A stretch of 64,000 nt of DNA, from positions 736,001 through 800,000 of the forward strand of contig CAVPIB010000004.1 of the NCBI GenBank assembly GCA_963704885.1, in the 5' to 3' direction. Positions 10,170 to 19,162 of the stretch are shown here, piece by piece (within the stretch, counting starts at the first letter, position 1; each line of letters begins with the position of its first letter). A program made the translations under genes and the position numbers. The stretch comes from an uncultured Actinomycetes bacterium (GTDB lineage: Bacteria; Actinomycetota; UBA4738; HRBIN12). The notes beneath the pieces were generated by a model, which ran no database searches, was not told where the DNA came from, and worked only from the letters and a program-made list of their open reading frames with translations.

Positions 10170-11264
10170 CTAGACGGGAACCGTCATCCCCGCTTGCTGC
10201 AACGCGAGCGAGAAGTCGTGCTGCGACGAGACCGCCTTCATCGCCGCCTCGATCGTCACTGTGCCCTTCTTGACCAGCTCCAGCATGTACTGATCGAACG
10301 TGACCATCCCGTAGTAGCCACCGTCGGCGATCACTTCTTTGATCTCGGCGGTCAGATCCGGGTCGGCGATCCGCTCCGCGATGCGACCCGTGTTGATCAG
10401 GATCTCCAGGCCCGGCGTCCGGCCGCCATCGATGGTCGGGACCAGCCGCTGACACACGATGCCGCGCAACGTGCCTGCGAGCGCCAGGCGCACCTGCTTC
10501 TGCTGATGCGGCGGGAAGAAGTCGATGATGCGGTTCACGGTCTCTGTGGCATCTACCGTGTGGAGAGTCGACAGGACCAGGTGACCCGTCTCCGCAGCCT
10601 GGATCGCCGTCCTCACGGTGTCGGTGTCGCGCATCTCGCCGATCAGGATCACGTCGGGGTCTTGCCGAAGCGCGGCGCGGAGCGCGGACAGGAAGTCGTC
10701 GGTGTCGTTGCCGACCTCGCGCTGGTTGATCGACGCCGTCTTGTCGTGGTGCAGGACCTCGATCGGGTCTTCGATCGTCACGATGTGCACGGGCTTCGTT
10801 TGATTGATGTATTCGATCATCGCCGCGAGGGTCGTGGTCTTGCCCGCGCCCGTAGGGCCGGTGACCAGGATCAGGCCGCGCTGCGCGTCGGCGATCTCCC
10901 GCACGGCGTCCGGCAGCCCGATCTCCCCGAAGGATGGACCGCCCACCCGCAGACGGCGGAACACCATGCTGAGGGATCCGCGCTGGCGGAACACGTTGGT
11001 GCGGAACCGTCCGACATCGTGTACCGAGTACGCGAAGTCGGCCTCGCCGTGGTCCTCCAGCCGGTCGCGCCGGTTACCCGGGACGATCGCGTCGGCGATC
11101 GAGGTGGTCTCCTCGCTCGTGAGCGGCGCGCGATCCAGCCGGTGAAGACCCTCGGGCATGCGGTACATCGGAGGGGAGCCGACCTTGACGTGCAGATCGG
11201 AGCCCTCGCCCTCCAGAAGGCCTTCGAGCCAACCATGGAACTCCTCGACTATCGGTTCGGTCAC
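10170..11264 (-). CDS. pilT: type IV pilus retraction ATPase PilT/PilU
   Basis: SDLHVK, GPTGAGKTTT, TIEDPIE, ALRQDPDVILIGEMRD and GHLVLSTLHT motifs. Start uncertain (11264-11276). Confidence 0.9.
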   Translation of the reverse strand: MTEPIVEEFHGWLEGLLEGEGSDLHVKVGSPPMYRMPEGLHRLDRAPLTSEETTSIADAIVPGNRRDRLEDHGEADFAYSVHDVGRFRTNVFRQRGSLSMVFRRLRVGGPSFGEIGLPDAVREIADAQRGLILVTGPTGAGKTTTLAAMIEYINQTKPVHIVTIEDPIEVLHHDKTASINQREVGNDTDDFLSALRAALRQDPDVILIGEMRDTDTVRTAIQAAETGHLVLSTLHTVDATETVNRIIDFFPPHQQKQVRLALAGTLRGIVCQRLVPTIDGGRTPGLEILINTGRIAERIADPDLTAEIKEVIADGGYYGMVTFDQYMLELVKKGTVTIEAAMKAVSSQHDFSLALQQAGMTVPV

Positions 11265-11394
11265 GCCTTCCATCAAGACCTCTCTCCTCGTTCGGGTACG
11301 CGCCGCCGCCAGCCGAACGGCACCCTCTACTCATCGGACACCGGCCGGGACGACTTCAGTGCCGTTAGGAAGCAACCCCAACGAGTTCGAGGAT

Positions 11395-12072
11395 CTAGGA
11401 GCGGCGAGCCACCAGGCGACAGATCGTCGAACGGTCGGCGAGCGGTTCGAACTCGCTCAGACGAAGCGGCGGCCGGGAGGCGCTCAACATGCCCTCCAGC
11501 AGGCCGCGGTGGACCGCGCAGACCAGCTCACGGTGATCGTCGAGAAGGTCGCGGAACGGGCAGTCGCGCAGAGAGATCTCCACGATCTTGGCGCTCTTGC
11601 GCCTGAAGCGCGGATCGAACCCGGCCTCGGCAAGCGCCTCCTGAAGCACCGCCAGATTGAGGCCGGACGGACCCCGGGCGTTCGGACGGGGGGCGCTGCG
11701 TCCGATCAGGTAGGCCCCCCACTCACTGGCCGCCGCCTCGGCTCGCTCGCGTTGACGCACCCCTGTCAGCAGACCGGCGAGGATGTCGCCCAGGAGCCGA
11801 TAGTCGCGGCCCTCGCGTTCCTCACGGTCGATCGCCGAGTACAAGACCTGCGGACGCCCGACGCTCGTGCCACGGTGGACCTCGCTGGATACCAGACCCG
11901 CTTCCTCGAGCCGACGCAGGTGCGGGCGGAGCGTGTTGGCGTGCAGCGACAGGCGCGAAGAGAGCTCGCGTACCGGCACCGGCCGGCCGGACAGACGCAG
12001 GTAGCGGTAGAGGCGGTAACGCGTGTCCTCCGCGAGAGCTTTGTGGACCTCGATGGGTGATGGGTCGGGCAT
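11395..12072 (-). CDS. ArsR/SufR-like HTH transcriptional regulator
   Basis: N-terminal wHTH with GRP wing, C-terminal CPF...VCAVH...C ligand cluster. Confidence 0.8.
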   Translation of the reverse strand: MPDPSPIEVHKALAEDTRYRLYRYLRLSGRPVPVRELSSRLSLHANTLRPHLRRLEEAGLVSSEVHRGTSVGRPQVLYSAIDREEREGRDYRLLGDILAGLLTGVRQRERAEAAASEWGAYLIGRSAPRPNARGPSGLNLAVLQEALAEAGFDPRFRRKSAKIVEISLRDCPFRDLLDDHRELVCAVHRGLLEGMLSASRPPLRLSEFEPLADRSTICRLVARRS

Positions 12073-12088
12073 CAGCGGGACCTCGCCG

Positions 12089-12121
12089 TATGATGGATTT
12101 CCACGGTTCGCACCGTGTCAA
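12089..12121. promoter_or_regulatory. candidate divergent promoter/operator
   Basis: TATGAT (12089-94, + strand), perfect inverted repeat CACGGT-N4-ACCGTG (12102-17), and TTGACA on the - strand (12116-21). Confidence 0.45.
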
Positions 12122-12148
12122 CCAAGCTTAGAGCCTGAAAGGACACCG

Positions 12149-13313
12149 GTGGTCACCGAAGCCAAGGTCCGCGAAGCCCTCCGAAACGTGCTGGATCCCG
12201 AGATCGGACGCCCGATCGAAGACATCGGCATGCTCCGGGGCATCGGGATCGACGGCGGCGCGGTGAACGTCGACGTCCTGATCACGATCGAGGGCTGCCC
12301 GCTGAAGGACCGCATCACGAGCGACGTCACCGCCGCGGTTTCGCCGCTCGAGGGCGTCGAACGGGTGACGGTCTCCCTCGAGCCGATGTCGCAGGAGCAG
12401 CGAGAGGCGCTGGTGCAGCAACTCCGCGGAGGCACGCCGGCCGCGCCGCAGCAGAGCCGGATCTCGTTCCCACCGTCCACCGCGATCGTGGCGGTGGCCT
12501 CGGGCAAGGGCGGCGTCGGCAAATCGAGCGTCACCGTGAACCTGGCGTGCGCGCTCGCCGCCGAAGGTCACCGGGTCGGCGTGCTGGACGCGGACGTGTG
12601 GGGGTTCAGCGTTCCGCGGATGCTCGGGGTGCACGGCAAGCCGGTCGGCTTCAACGACATGATCCTGCCGCTCGAGGGCCACGGCGTGAAGGTGATCTCG
12701 ATGGGGTTCTTCGTGCCCGAGGAGACGCCCGTGATCTGGCGCGGACCCATGCTCCACAAGGCGATCGAACAGTTCCTGGGCGACGTGTACTGGGGCGACC
12801 TGGACTTCCTGCTCTGCGACCTGCCGCCCGGCACCGGCGACGTGTCGATCTCGTCTGGCCTCGTTCATCCCGGGCGCGTCGATGCTGGTGGTGACCACCC
12901 CCCAAGAGGCCGCCCGCAAGGTGGCCGAACGCGCCGGCAAGATGGCCGAACGCACGAACCTGCGACCGATCGGCGTGGTCGAGAACATGAGCTTCTACGT
13001 CTGTCCGCACTGCGGTGGCCGCGACGACATCTTCGGGACGGGCGGCGGGCAGGAGGCGGCCGACACGCTCGGCGTGCCGCTGATGGCGCAGGTCCCCCTG
13101 GTGCCGGCGCTCCGCGCCGGCGGCGACTTGGGCGCGCCGATCGTGGTCACGGATCCGGAGGCCCCGGCGAGCGAGGCTCTGCGCGAAGCGGCACGCGCCG
13201 TCGCGCGCGCCACGAAGTCCAAGGTGGGAAAGCCGCTCACTCTGATGACGAATGCCCCGGTCGCAGCGGCAGCTGGACACGCCGGTCACGATCACGCTGG
13301 ACACAACCACTGA
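12149..13313 (+). CDS. mrp: Mrp/NBP35 (ApbC) Fe-S carrier ATPase with N-terminal DUF59 domain; apparent +1 frameshift at about 12854
   Basis: VLDPEI/CPLK, ASGKGGVGKS, DLPPGTGD, VENMS..CPHC and a His-rich tail. Removing T12854 gives DVSISLASFIPGASMLVVTTPQ. Confidence 0.88.
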
Positions 13314-13804
13314 CCACCCCCGACGACGTCCTGCGCGCGAGCTTCGCCCACCACGTGTGGGCGACGATCGCGCTGATCGACGCGCTGGAAGCGCTCTCGG
13401 CCGACCCCGACTCCGCGATCCCCGGGACCTACGGGTCGATCGCGCAGACCCTCACGCACCTCGTGGACGCGGACGACCGCTACCTGCAGCGACTCACCAT
13501 CCCGACCCTGCCCCCGTACGAGGATCATGGCGCTCAGCCGCTCGCGGAGCTGCGAGAGCGGATGACGAGCCACGCGGATCGCTGGACGGAGAAGCTGGAC
13601 CGGCTGGACGCAGGAACCCTCGACGCCACGATCGCCGGTCACGAGGACTACCCCGACACGCCGCACGCGGAGACCCTGCTGCTCCTCCAGGCGCTGCACC
13701 ACGGCGACGACCATCGAACTCAGGTGTGTTCGACGCTAGGTGCGCTCGGACTCGAGGTCCCCGATCTCGACGGCTGGACCTACTGGGCCGAAGGCCGCGA
13801 CTGA
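13310..13804 (+). CDS. DinB family protein
   Basis: HHVWAT, GSIAQTLTHLVDAD and HGDDHRTQ metal-binding His pattern. The only start at the expected place is CTG overlapping the mrp TGA. Confidence 0.8.
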   Translation: MTTPDDVLRASFAHHVWATIALIDALEALSADPDSAIPGTYGSIAQTLTHLVDADDRYLQRLTIPTLPPYEDHGAQPLAELRERMTSHADRWTEKLDRLDAGTLDATIAGHEDYPDTPHAETLLLLQALHHGDDHRTQVCSTLGALGLEVPDLDGWTYWAEGRD

Positions 13805-14769
13805 AGCTCGTCGGCGGAGGCTGCCGCCGTCTCGCCCTCCGGTTCATGGGCACTCGCGTCCGGCGGCGACTTGGCCGGGTGGAACGCCCACCAGATCAGG
13901 ATGCTGGCCGAGATGCTCGCGACCGCAAGCGCGGTCCACTGGCTGCCGGAGAACGGCCCGAAGAACCGCTTGTCGATCCGGAGGGAGTCCTCGAGCAGCC
14001 GGGCGAGCCCGTAGTAGAGCCCGAACGTGAGCGCGAGCACCCCTTCGCGCCGAGGCTTCTTGTTCATGTTCCACAGGATCGCGAAAAGGATCCAGGCAAG
14101 GATCATGTCGTAGAGCGCGGTTTGATGGACGCCGACGCCCTGGGCGATGACGGTCTGCCCCTTGAGCAACTGTGCCCCTGCCCGGGAGATCGTTTCGACA
14201 TGATCGTTCTGGAGCTGGGCTCCCCAGAAGCCCAGACTCCCCGGCTGCTGGTTGAACGGTGGCGCAAGGTTGCCCCCTTCATAGGTCCACGCCAGGAGCC
14301 AGCTCGTGGGCCTGCCCAGGTGATCCCCGATGATCAGATCGCCGATCCGCCCGATCGCGATCCCCAGGGCGAGCGCGGGCGCCACCGGGTCCATGACCTG
14401 GAGGAAGCGATAGCCATACCCGCGCATCCGCGGCACGTTGATCAAGATCGCGCCGGCTATCCCACCCAGGAGCGAGATCCCGCCCTTCCACACCTGCAGC
14501 CACTCGAGCGGGCTCTCGAACTCGCTGAGATGGGCTATCACGTAGAAGAGCCTCGAACCGACGATGGCGCCGATCAGTGCCCAGAAGAGCATCGTGCTGA
14601 TGTGCTCGGCCGAGACACCGTGCTTGGGTCCGATCCGGCCGAGGAGCCACCCGCCGATCAGGAAGCCGATCGCGATGCCCAGACCGTGCGGCGAGATAGC
14701 GAAGGCATCGCCGATGCGGATCCTGTCGAGCACGGGCCAGCCGACGGAGGCGAGGAGCGATAGCACCAC
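13780..14769 (-). CDS. lgt: prolipoprotein diacylglyceryl transferase
   Basis: GAIVGSRLFYV, WKGGISLLGG, IGRIGD, HQTALYD and YGLARLLEDSLR motifs. Confidence 0.9.
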   Translation of the reverse strand: MVLSLLASVGWPVLDRIRIGDAFAISPHGLGIAIGFLIGGWLLGRIGPKHGVSAEHISTMLFWALIGAIVGSRLFYVIAHLSEFESPLEWLQVWKGGISLLGGIAGAILINVPRMRGYGYRFLQVMDPVAPALALGIAIGRIGDLIIGDHLGRPTSWLLAWTYEGGNLAPPFNQQPGSLGFWGAQLQNDHVETISRAGAQLLKGQTVIAQGVGVHQTALYDMILAWILFAILWNMNKKPRREGVLALTFGLYYGLARLLEDSLRIDKRFFGPFSGSQWTALAVASISASILIWWAFHPAKSPPDASAHEPEGETAAASADELQSRPSAQ

Positions 14770-14777
14770 GTTCGAGT

Positions 14778-15374
14778 CTACCGGGGGGCGTGAGAACGGC
14801 CGGGCCACAGGCGGGCCACGGCGCGGCCCAGCAGCAAACCGCTCAAGACGTCCGACGGGTAGTGCACGCCCACGTAGACACGAGAGGCTGCCACCGACAT
14901 GTCGAGTGCCGACAGACCGGTCCGAGCCAAGGACCCGATCCCCAGTTCGCGCCCGGCGACCGTGGCGAACGCCGTCAGTACGGCGGGGTGGCTGCTCGGC
15001 CAGGAGGAGCCGTGAGGCGGACCGATCAACAGACGCGTGCCGTCGCCGTCGGCCTCGTACGGGCGGGACCGGTTCGCCACGCGTTTCAGTCCCTGGCCCG
15101 CGAGCCATGTGATCCCGGCCGCGCCCAACGCGCTCGCGGCTGCGCGGCGGCGTCCCGTGATCGCGAGCACACCCGCCGCCCCCGCGGCTGCCCAGAGCGA
15201 CCCCAGTTCCGTCACCCCGGTGAAGAACCGATCCGCCTCGTGACCGTGCCCGCGGTTCAGCGTTTCGAAAAGCTCCGCGTCCACCTCGCGCCCCTCTGCC
15301 GTGGACGACCTCCTACCCACGGCGGCCGTGGCGACGAGGAGGGCCGTCCCGATCAAGACGTTGCGCGGCTTCAT
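14778..15374 (-). CDS. PAP2 family phosphatase
   Basis: KRVANRSRP, SWPSSH and SRVYVGVHYPSDV motifs. Confidence 0.88.
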   Translation of the reverse strand: MKPRNVLIGTALLVATAAVGRRSSTAEGREVDAELFETLNRGHGHEADRFFTGVTELGSLWAAAGAAGVLAITGRRRAAASALGAAGITWLAGQGLKRVANRSRPYEADGDGTRLLIGPPHGSSWPSSHPAVLTAFATVAGRELGIGSLARTGLSALDMSVAASRVYVGVHYPSDVLSGLLLGRAVARLWPGRSHAPR

Positions 15375-15397
15375 GGTCGAGCGATGATAGGCGACGG

Positions 15398-15838
15398 TCA
15401 GCCCGCTTCGATGTCGCGCTTCTGCGCGAGCACGCCACGCTTCAAGGCCAGCTGGGATCCACCCACGGCCTGGATGCTCCGCGCCCCCAACCCGCCGAAC
15501 GGTCCGCGGAACCGGTACGCGATCTCGTGACGCAGCACGCTGCGTTCGAAAGGCAACGCGGCGATCGAGGTGGAGACGGTGGCCTCGAGCAACCCGGAGA
15601 GTCGAACCACCGCCCGCCACGGCGGCTCCCACTCCAGGACCTCCGCATCGACGGTGGTTCGGAATGCCACGAAACGCATCATCACCTCGTATCGGACCCC
15701 GAGGTTGAGCCCCTCGGGCGGGACGCGTACCGACTCGATATGCCGGTCCCAGTGCGGGAGGTTCGCCGGATCGCTCGTGACCGCCCAGACACGCTCGGGC
15801 GGCGCGTCGACCTCCACAGAGAACTCGACCGTCGTCAT
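15398..15838 (-). CDS. SRPBCC (polyketide cyclase/START-like) protein
   Basis: VEVDAPPERVWAVTSDPANLPHW and EWEPP motifs. Confidence 0.85.
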   Translation of the reverse strand: MTTVEFSVEVDAPPERVWAVTSDPANLPHWDRHIESVRVPPEGLNLGVRYEVMMRFVAFRTTVDAEVLEWEPPWRAVVRLSGLLEATVSTSIAALPFERSVLRHEIAYRFRGPFGGLGARSIQAVGGSQLALKRGVLAQKRDIEAG

Positions 15839-15866
15839 CAGGCGGTGAGGCTAGCGGACGGTGAAG

Positions 15867-16814
15867 CTATCCGACGCCGAGACTCCCGCTGGTCCATCCC
15901 TTCCACCAGACCATGCGGGCGGGTTTGATCCGCAATAGCGCTCCGGCCTCGGGGTCGATCGAATTCGCCAGTGCTCGGGCTGACTTCGCCCCCGACCCAA
16001 GGGCGTCCAGCACGAAGATCCCGCCGGTTCCCTGCACCATGGCTCCGACCATGTCGCGGGCCCGCCACTCCGAAGCCCGGTCCATGGTGAGCGCGACCGG
16101 TGTCTCGGGTCCGGCACCCGCCAGTGCCAGCGTTTCGGCGGGGAGGGCCGAGTAAAGTCCCCCACCGTCCACGCGCCACCGGGCCGGGAGAACCACGAGC
16201 CCACGTGCGCCTGAGATGGTGAGCGATGCCTCGCCGTCGCTCCCCAGCGCCTCCCGCACGTCGGCTGGAAGTCCGCTCAGGGGATCGGCGCCGCGCTTGG
16301 ACGAGCGGAAGGTTTCGTTCGACAGACTCTCGCCGCCCCATCGGCCGCGCCCTTCCTGCACGCCGTCTTCTCCCAGGAGAGCCGTCCGCTCCACGTCGAT
16401 GCCCACGAACACGCGCCCGGGAGGCATCCACGCGAACGGGACCTGGCGGGCGTCGACCGCATAGCCGGCGAAGAACTTCGCGTTCTTCTTGCCGAACGCC
16501 GTGCCGGCGCGCGCGATCGACGTGGCGCCCGACAGCGCCGCGGCCCACGTGCTGCGATCGAACACGTCGTAGGTGCGGACGGTGCCGGTGAAGGTGATCG
16601 AGAGCTCCCCTGAGCGCACCAGCCCCGCCACGCCCGGGTCGACCTTCCAGGCGCGGGCCTTGACCGATCGGCGAGACGTCGTGAGCCAGACGCGACCACC
16701 CGAGTACGCGAACACCAGCGGCGTGCAGTGCGGTCCTCGCGGGGTGGTGGAGGCAACGGCGCAGAACGAACCCTGCTCCAGGACCTGCTGCACCGCGGTT
16801 GACAGGAAGCTCAT
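15867..16814 (-). CDS. pyridoxamine-5'-phosphate-oxidase-like split-barrel protein, apparently two domains
   Basis: FCAVASTTPRGPHCTPLVF...KARAWKVDPGVA, and a second barrel-like half ending RIKPARMVWW. Confidence 0.7.
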   Translation of the reverse strand: MSFLSTAVQQVLEQGSFCAVASTTPRGPHCTPLVFAYSGGRVWLTTSRRSVKARAWKVDPGVAGLVRSGELSITFTGTVRTYDVFDRSTWAAALSGATSIARAGTAFGKKNAKFFAGYAVDARQVPFAWMPPGRVFVGIDVERTALLGEDGVQEGRGRWGGESLSNETFRSSKRGADPLSGLPADVREALGSDGEASLTISGARGLVVLPARWRVDGGGLYSALPAETLALAGAGPETPVALTMDRASEWRARDMVGAMVQGTGGIFVLDALGSGAKSARALANSIDPEAGALLRIKPARMVWWKGWTSGSLGVG

Positions 16815-17437
16815 GACGCTCGCACCCTCCGCCCGGCCCCGGGAGGGAGCGCGAGCATCAGTCCGGTCCAGAGCATATGGCTCACGAGACTCGCGAGCAT
16901 CCCGCCCGACCAGACAGCGAGCCCCGCCCAGAGGGCGCCACCGACGACGGCCCCGGCTACGATCGGCAGACTAGCGCTCGCCGAGTTGACCCCCACGTAC
17001 GCCAGCCACGTCCAAGCGCCCGCCGCGGCCCCCGCCAACGCCTGACCCAAGCGCGCCTGGAACAACCCGCGCCAGAAGAGTTCCTCGCCTGGTACCAGGA
17101 TGAACAGGGAGAGGCCAAGCGAGCGCGCCAGAGAGATCTCCGCCGCCTCCTCGTACTTGTCGATCACCTGTCGGCGGAACGGCTCCCAGCGTGCGGCCAA
17201 GGCGACGAACGCGCGGGTCGCCACGTAGAGCGTGAGCCCGCTCACCACGCCCATCGCGAGAGCGGTCCCCTCGTCCACCTCCGTCGCTGCGACCGGTCGC
17301 TGCGCAAGCGCGGCGACCACCCCCATGCCCAGCAGGATCGGCGGCATCAGGCGCCAGACGACCGCGCGGCCGGTGGCCACCAGCCGCCAGCCGGCAGCCT
17401 CAGCGAGCGCCCCGAGCAACATCAGGAGCGGTTGCAC
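16811..17437 (-). CDS. CPBP (CAAX/Abi) intramembrane glutamic protease
   Basis: GEELFWRGLFQ and SHMLW motifs, multiple TM helices. Confidence 0.85.
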   Translation of the reverse strand: MQPLLMLLGALAEAAGWRLVATGRAVVWRLMPPILLGMGVVAALAQRPVAATEVDEGTALAMGVVSGLTLYVATRAFVALAARWEPFRRQVIDKYEEAAEISLARSLGLSLFILVPGEELFWRGLFQARLGQALAGAAAGAWTWLAYVGVNSASASLPIVAGAVVGGALWAGLAVWSGGMLASLVSHMLWTGLMLALPPGAGRRVRAS

Positions 17438-17440
17438 CGT

Positions 17441-18220
17441 CTACACCGGGAGGAACCTGACCTTCACGGCGACCTCCGCCGTGAAGGCCGTCACGACGGC
17501 AAGGTAGAAGAAGCCGGTCGCCGACTGCACCGCGGAGGCGCGCTCACCGCGCAGCGCGGCCTTCACCATGACGGCGACGAGGGCGGTGGTCCCGACCATA
17601 CCGAGCGCTATCCACGGCGCCAGAGCACCCGCCGTCAGGAGCGGGTTGAACGCCTCCGACGAGCCCACCCCGCCGAACCCCCCAGCGATGACTGCCACGG
17701 CCTCGACCGTGACCGCCACCAGCATGATCGTCGTGGCTCGGTTGATCGGCGTCCGGCCGAGCCCGCGATCAGTCAGGTACCAGTGTCCGAGCAACAGACC
17801 GTCTAGCACCGACCCCAGGAAGGCGGCCCCGGCCAGGAGCCCGAACAGCGCGAGCGCCGGCTCCTGCCGTCCCGTCCCGGCCATAGCCACGAGCACGGCT
17901 ATCGACACCGGGACGGAGAGCAACCCCAGGACACGTGCGGCCGAGTTAGCCTTGAAGAGTTGGAGCGCCGTCCAGGCGAGCGTCACGACCATGCTTGCGA
18001 GTGCCAGACGCACGCTCCAAGTGCCGGCGTCGTCGCCGACGATCGCTCCGGCCGCGGCCGCCCGCCAGGCCGCGAACGCCACCACGGACAGGAGCACCCC
18101 CGAGAGCGTGAAGTACCCGCGTTTCACCTCGCCCCAGAGGGGGGTGAACCACAGGAAGGCCAGGGAGCCCGCCACCGTCTCGGCCAGCACGAGCGCCATC
18201 ACCCCCGCCGAGCCGCTCAT
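17441..18220 (-). CDS. uncharacterised polytopic membrane protein
   Basis: About 8 hydrophobic helices, with LLGHWYL and SATGFFY motifs that look conserved. Confidence 0.7.
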   Translation of the reverse strand: MSGSAGVMALVLAETVAGSLAFLWFTPLWGEVKRGYFTLSGVLLSVVAFAAWRAAAAGAIVGDDAGTWSVRLALASMVVTLAWTALQLFKANSAARVLGLLSVPVSIAVLVAMAGTGRQEPALALFGLLAGAAFLGSVLDGLLLGHWYLTDRGLGRTPINRATTIMLVAVTVEAVAVIAGGFGGVGSSEAFNPLLTAGALAPWIALGMVGTTALVAVMVKAALRGERASAVQSATGFFYLAVVTAFTAEVAVKVRFLPV

Positions 18221-18308
18221 GTGCGCCGCTTCCGCATAGGCAGTAGAGCGTACCGGTCGCGTGCAAGCGACCGAGCGTTGGGCGCGCCGCCCGGTAGGCT
18301 TGCCGCCC

Positions 18309-19100
18309 ATGAACGACTGGCGCTCCTACGACGAGGTTGCCGAGACCTACGAGCGCGTCCACGCGCCTCGGCTGCTGGAGATCGCGCACGCATTGGTCGG
18401 GCTCGCCGAGGTGAGCGAGGGACAGCTCGTGCTGGACGTCGGAACCGGAACGGGCGTGGCGGCACAGGCGGCATCGGAGAGCGGGGCACGAGTGGTCGGC
18501 ATCGATCCCTCGACCGGGATGCTCACGGTGGGGCATCGCGAGCGCTCGTCGCTCACGCTCGTGGGCGCCCAAGCGATCGACCTGCCGTTCCGCGACGGCA
18601 CGTTCGACACGGTGACCGGCAACTTCGTGCTCTCACACTTCCGCCAATACGACACGGCGTTGTTCGACATGCTCCGCGTGACCAAGTCGGGGGGACGGAT
18701 CGCACTGACTTCATGGTCCGACGTGAAGGACGAGCTCCAGGAGACGTGGGCCGAGCTGGTCGCCTCCGTGGTGCCGCGCGAGATGCTGGAGCCGGTCTGG
18801 GCCGCGGCCGCCCCGTGGCACGCGAAGTTCGCCGATCGACAGGCTCTCGAAGACGTCCTGATCGGGAGCGGCCTGCGGCGCGTTCGGACCGAGAAGCGGC
18901 AGTTCCGGTTCCAGTACTCGCAGAACGACTACCTGGACGGTCTCGGGATCTGGGCGACCGGCAGGTTCGTGCGGGAGATGATCGGCGACGAGGGGTGGCC
19001 CGCGTTCCAGGAAAGGGCCCGCGCGGCCTTCAAGGAGCGGTTCTCCGATCCGCTGAACGACTTCCGCGACGTCATCCTGGCGGTAGGCACCAAGCCGTAG
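18309..19100 (+). CDS. class I SAM-dependent methyltransferase (UbiE-like fold)
   Basis: VLDVGTGTG, GIDPS and LPFRDGTFD motifs. Confidence 0.88.
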   Translation: MNDWRSYDEVAETYERVHAPRLLEIAHALVGLAEVSEGQLVLDVGTGTGVAAQAASESGARVVGIDPSTGMLTVGHRERSSLTLVGAQAIDLPFRDGTFDTVTGNFVLSHFRQYDTALFDMLRVTKSGGRIALTSWSDVKDELQETWAELVASVVPREMLEPVWAAAAPWHAKFADRQALEDVLIGSGLRRVRTEKRQFRFQYSQNDYLDGLGIWATGRFVREMIGDEGWPAFQERARAAFKERFSDPLNDFRDVILAVGTKP

Positions 19101-19162
19101 CGTCCACGCTCGCAGATCGACCCCGTCTACAGCGGCTGTTGCATCGTCCCGATACTTCGACC

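Noticed and set aside
12023-13804. 593-aa apparent Mrp-DinB fusion ORF
   Set aside because: Created by the +1 indel at about 12854. The Mrp C-terminus lies in another frame, and the linker is an off-frame translation.
17960-19162. N-terminal 400 aa of the 886-aa GGDEF ORF
   Set aside because: Off-frame overlap with the methyltransferase gene, giving Arg/Gly-rich nonsense. The real start is near 19163.
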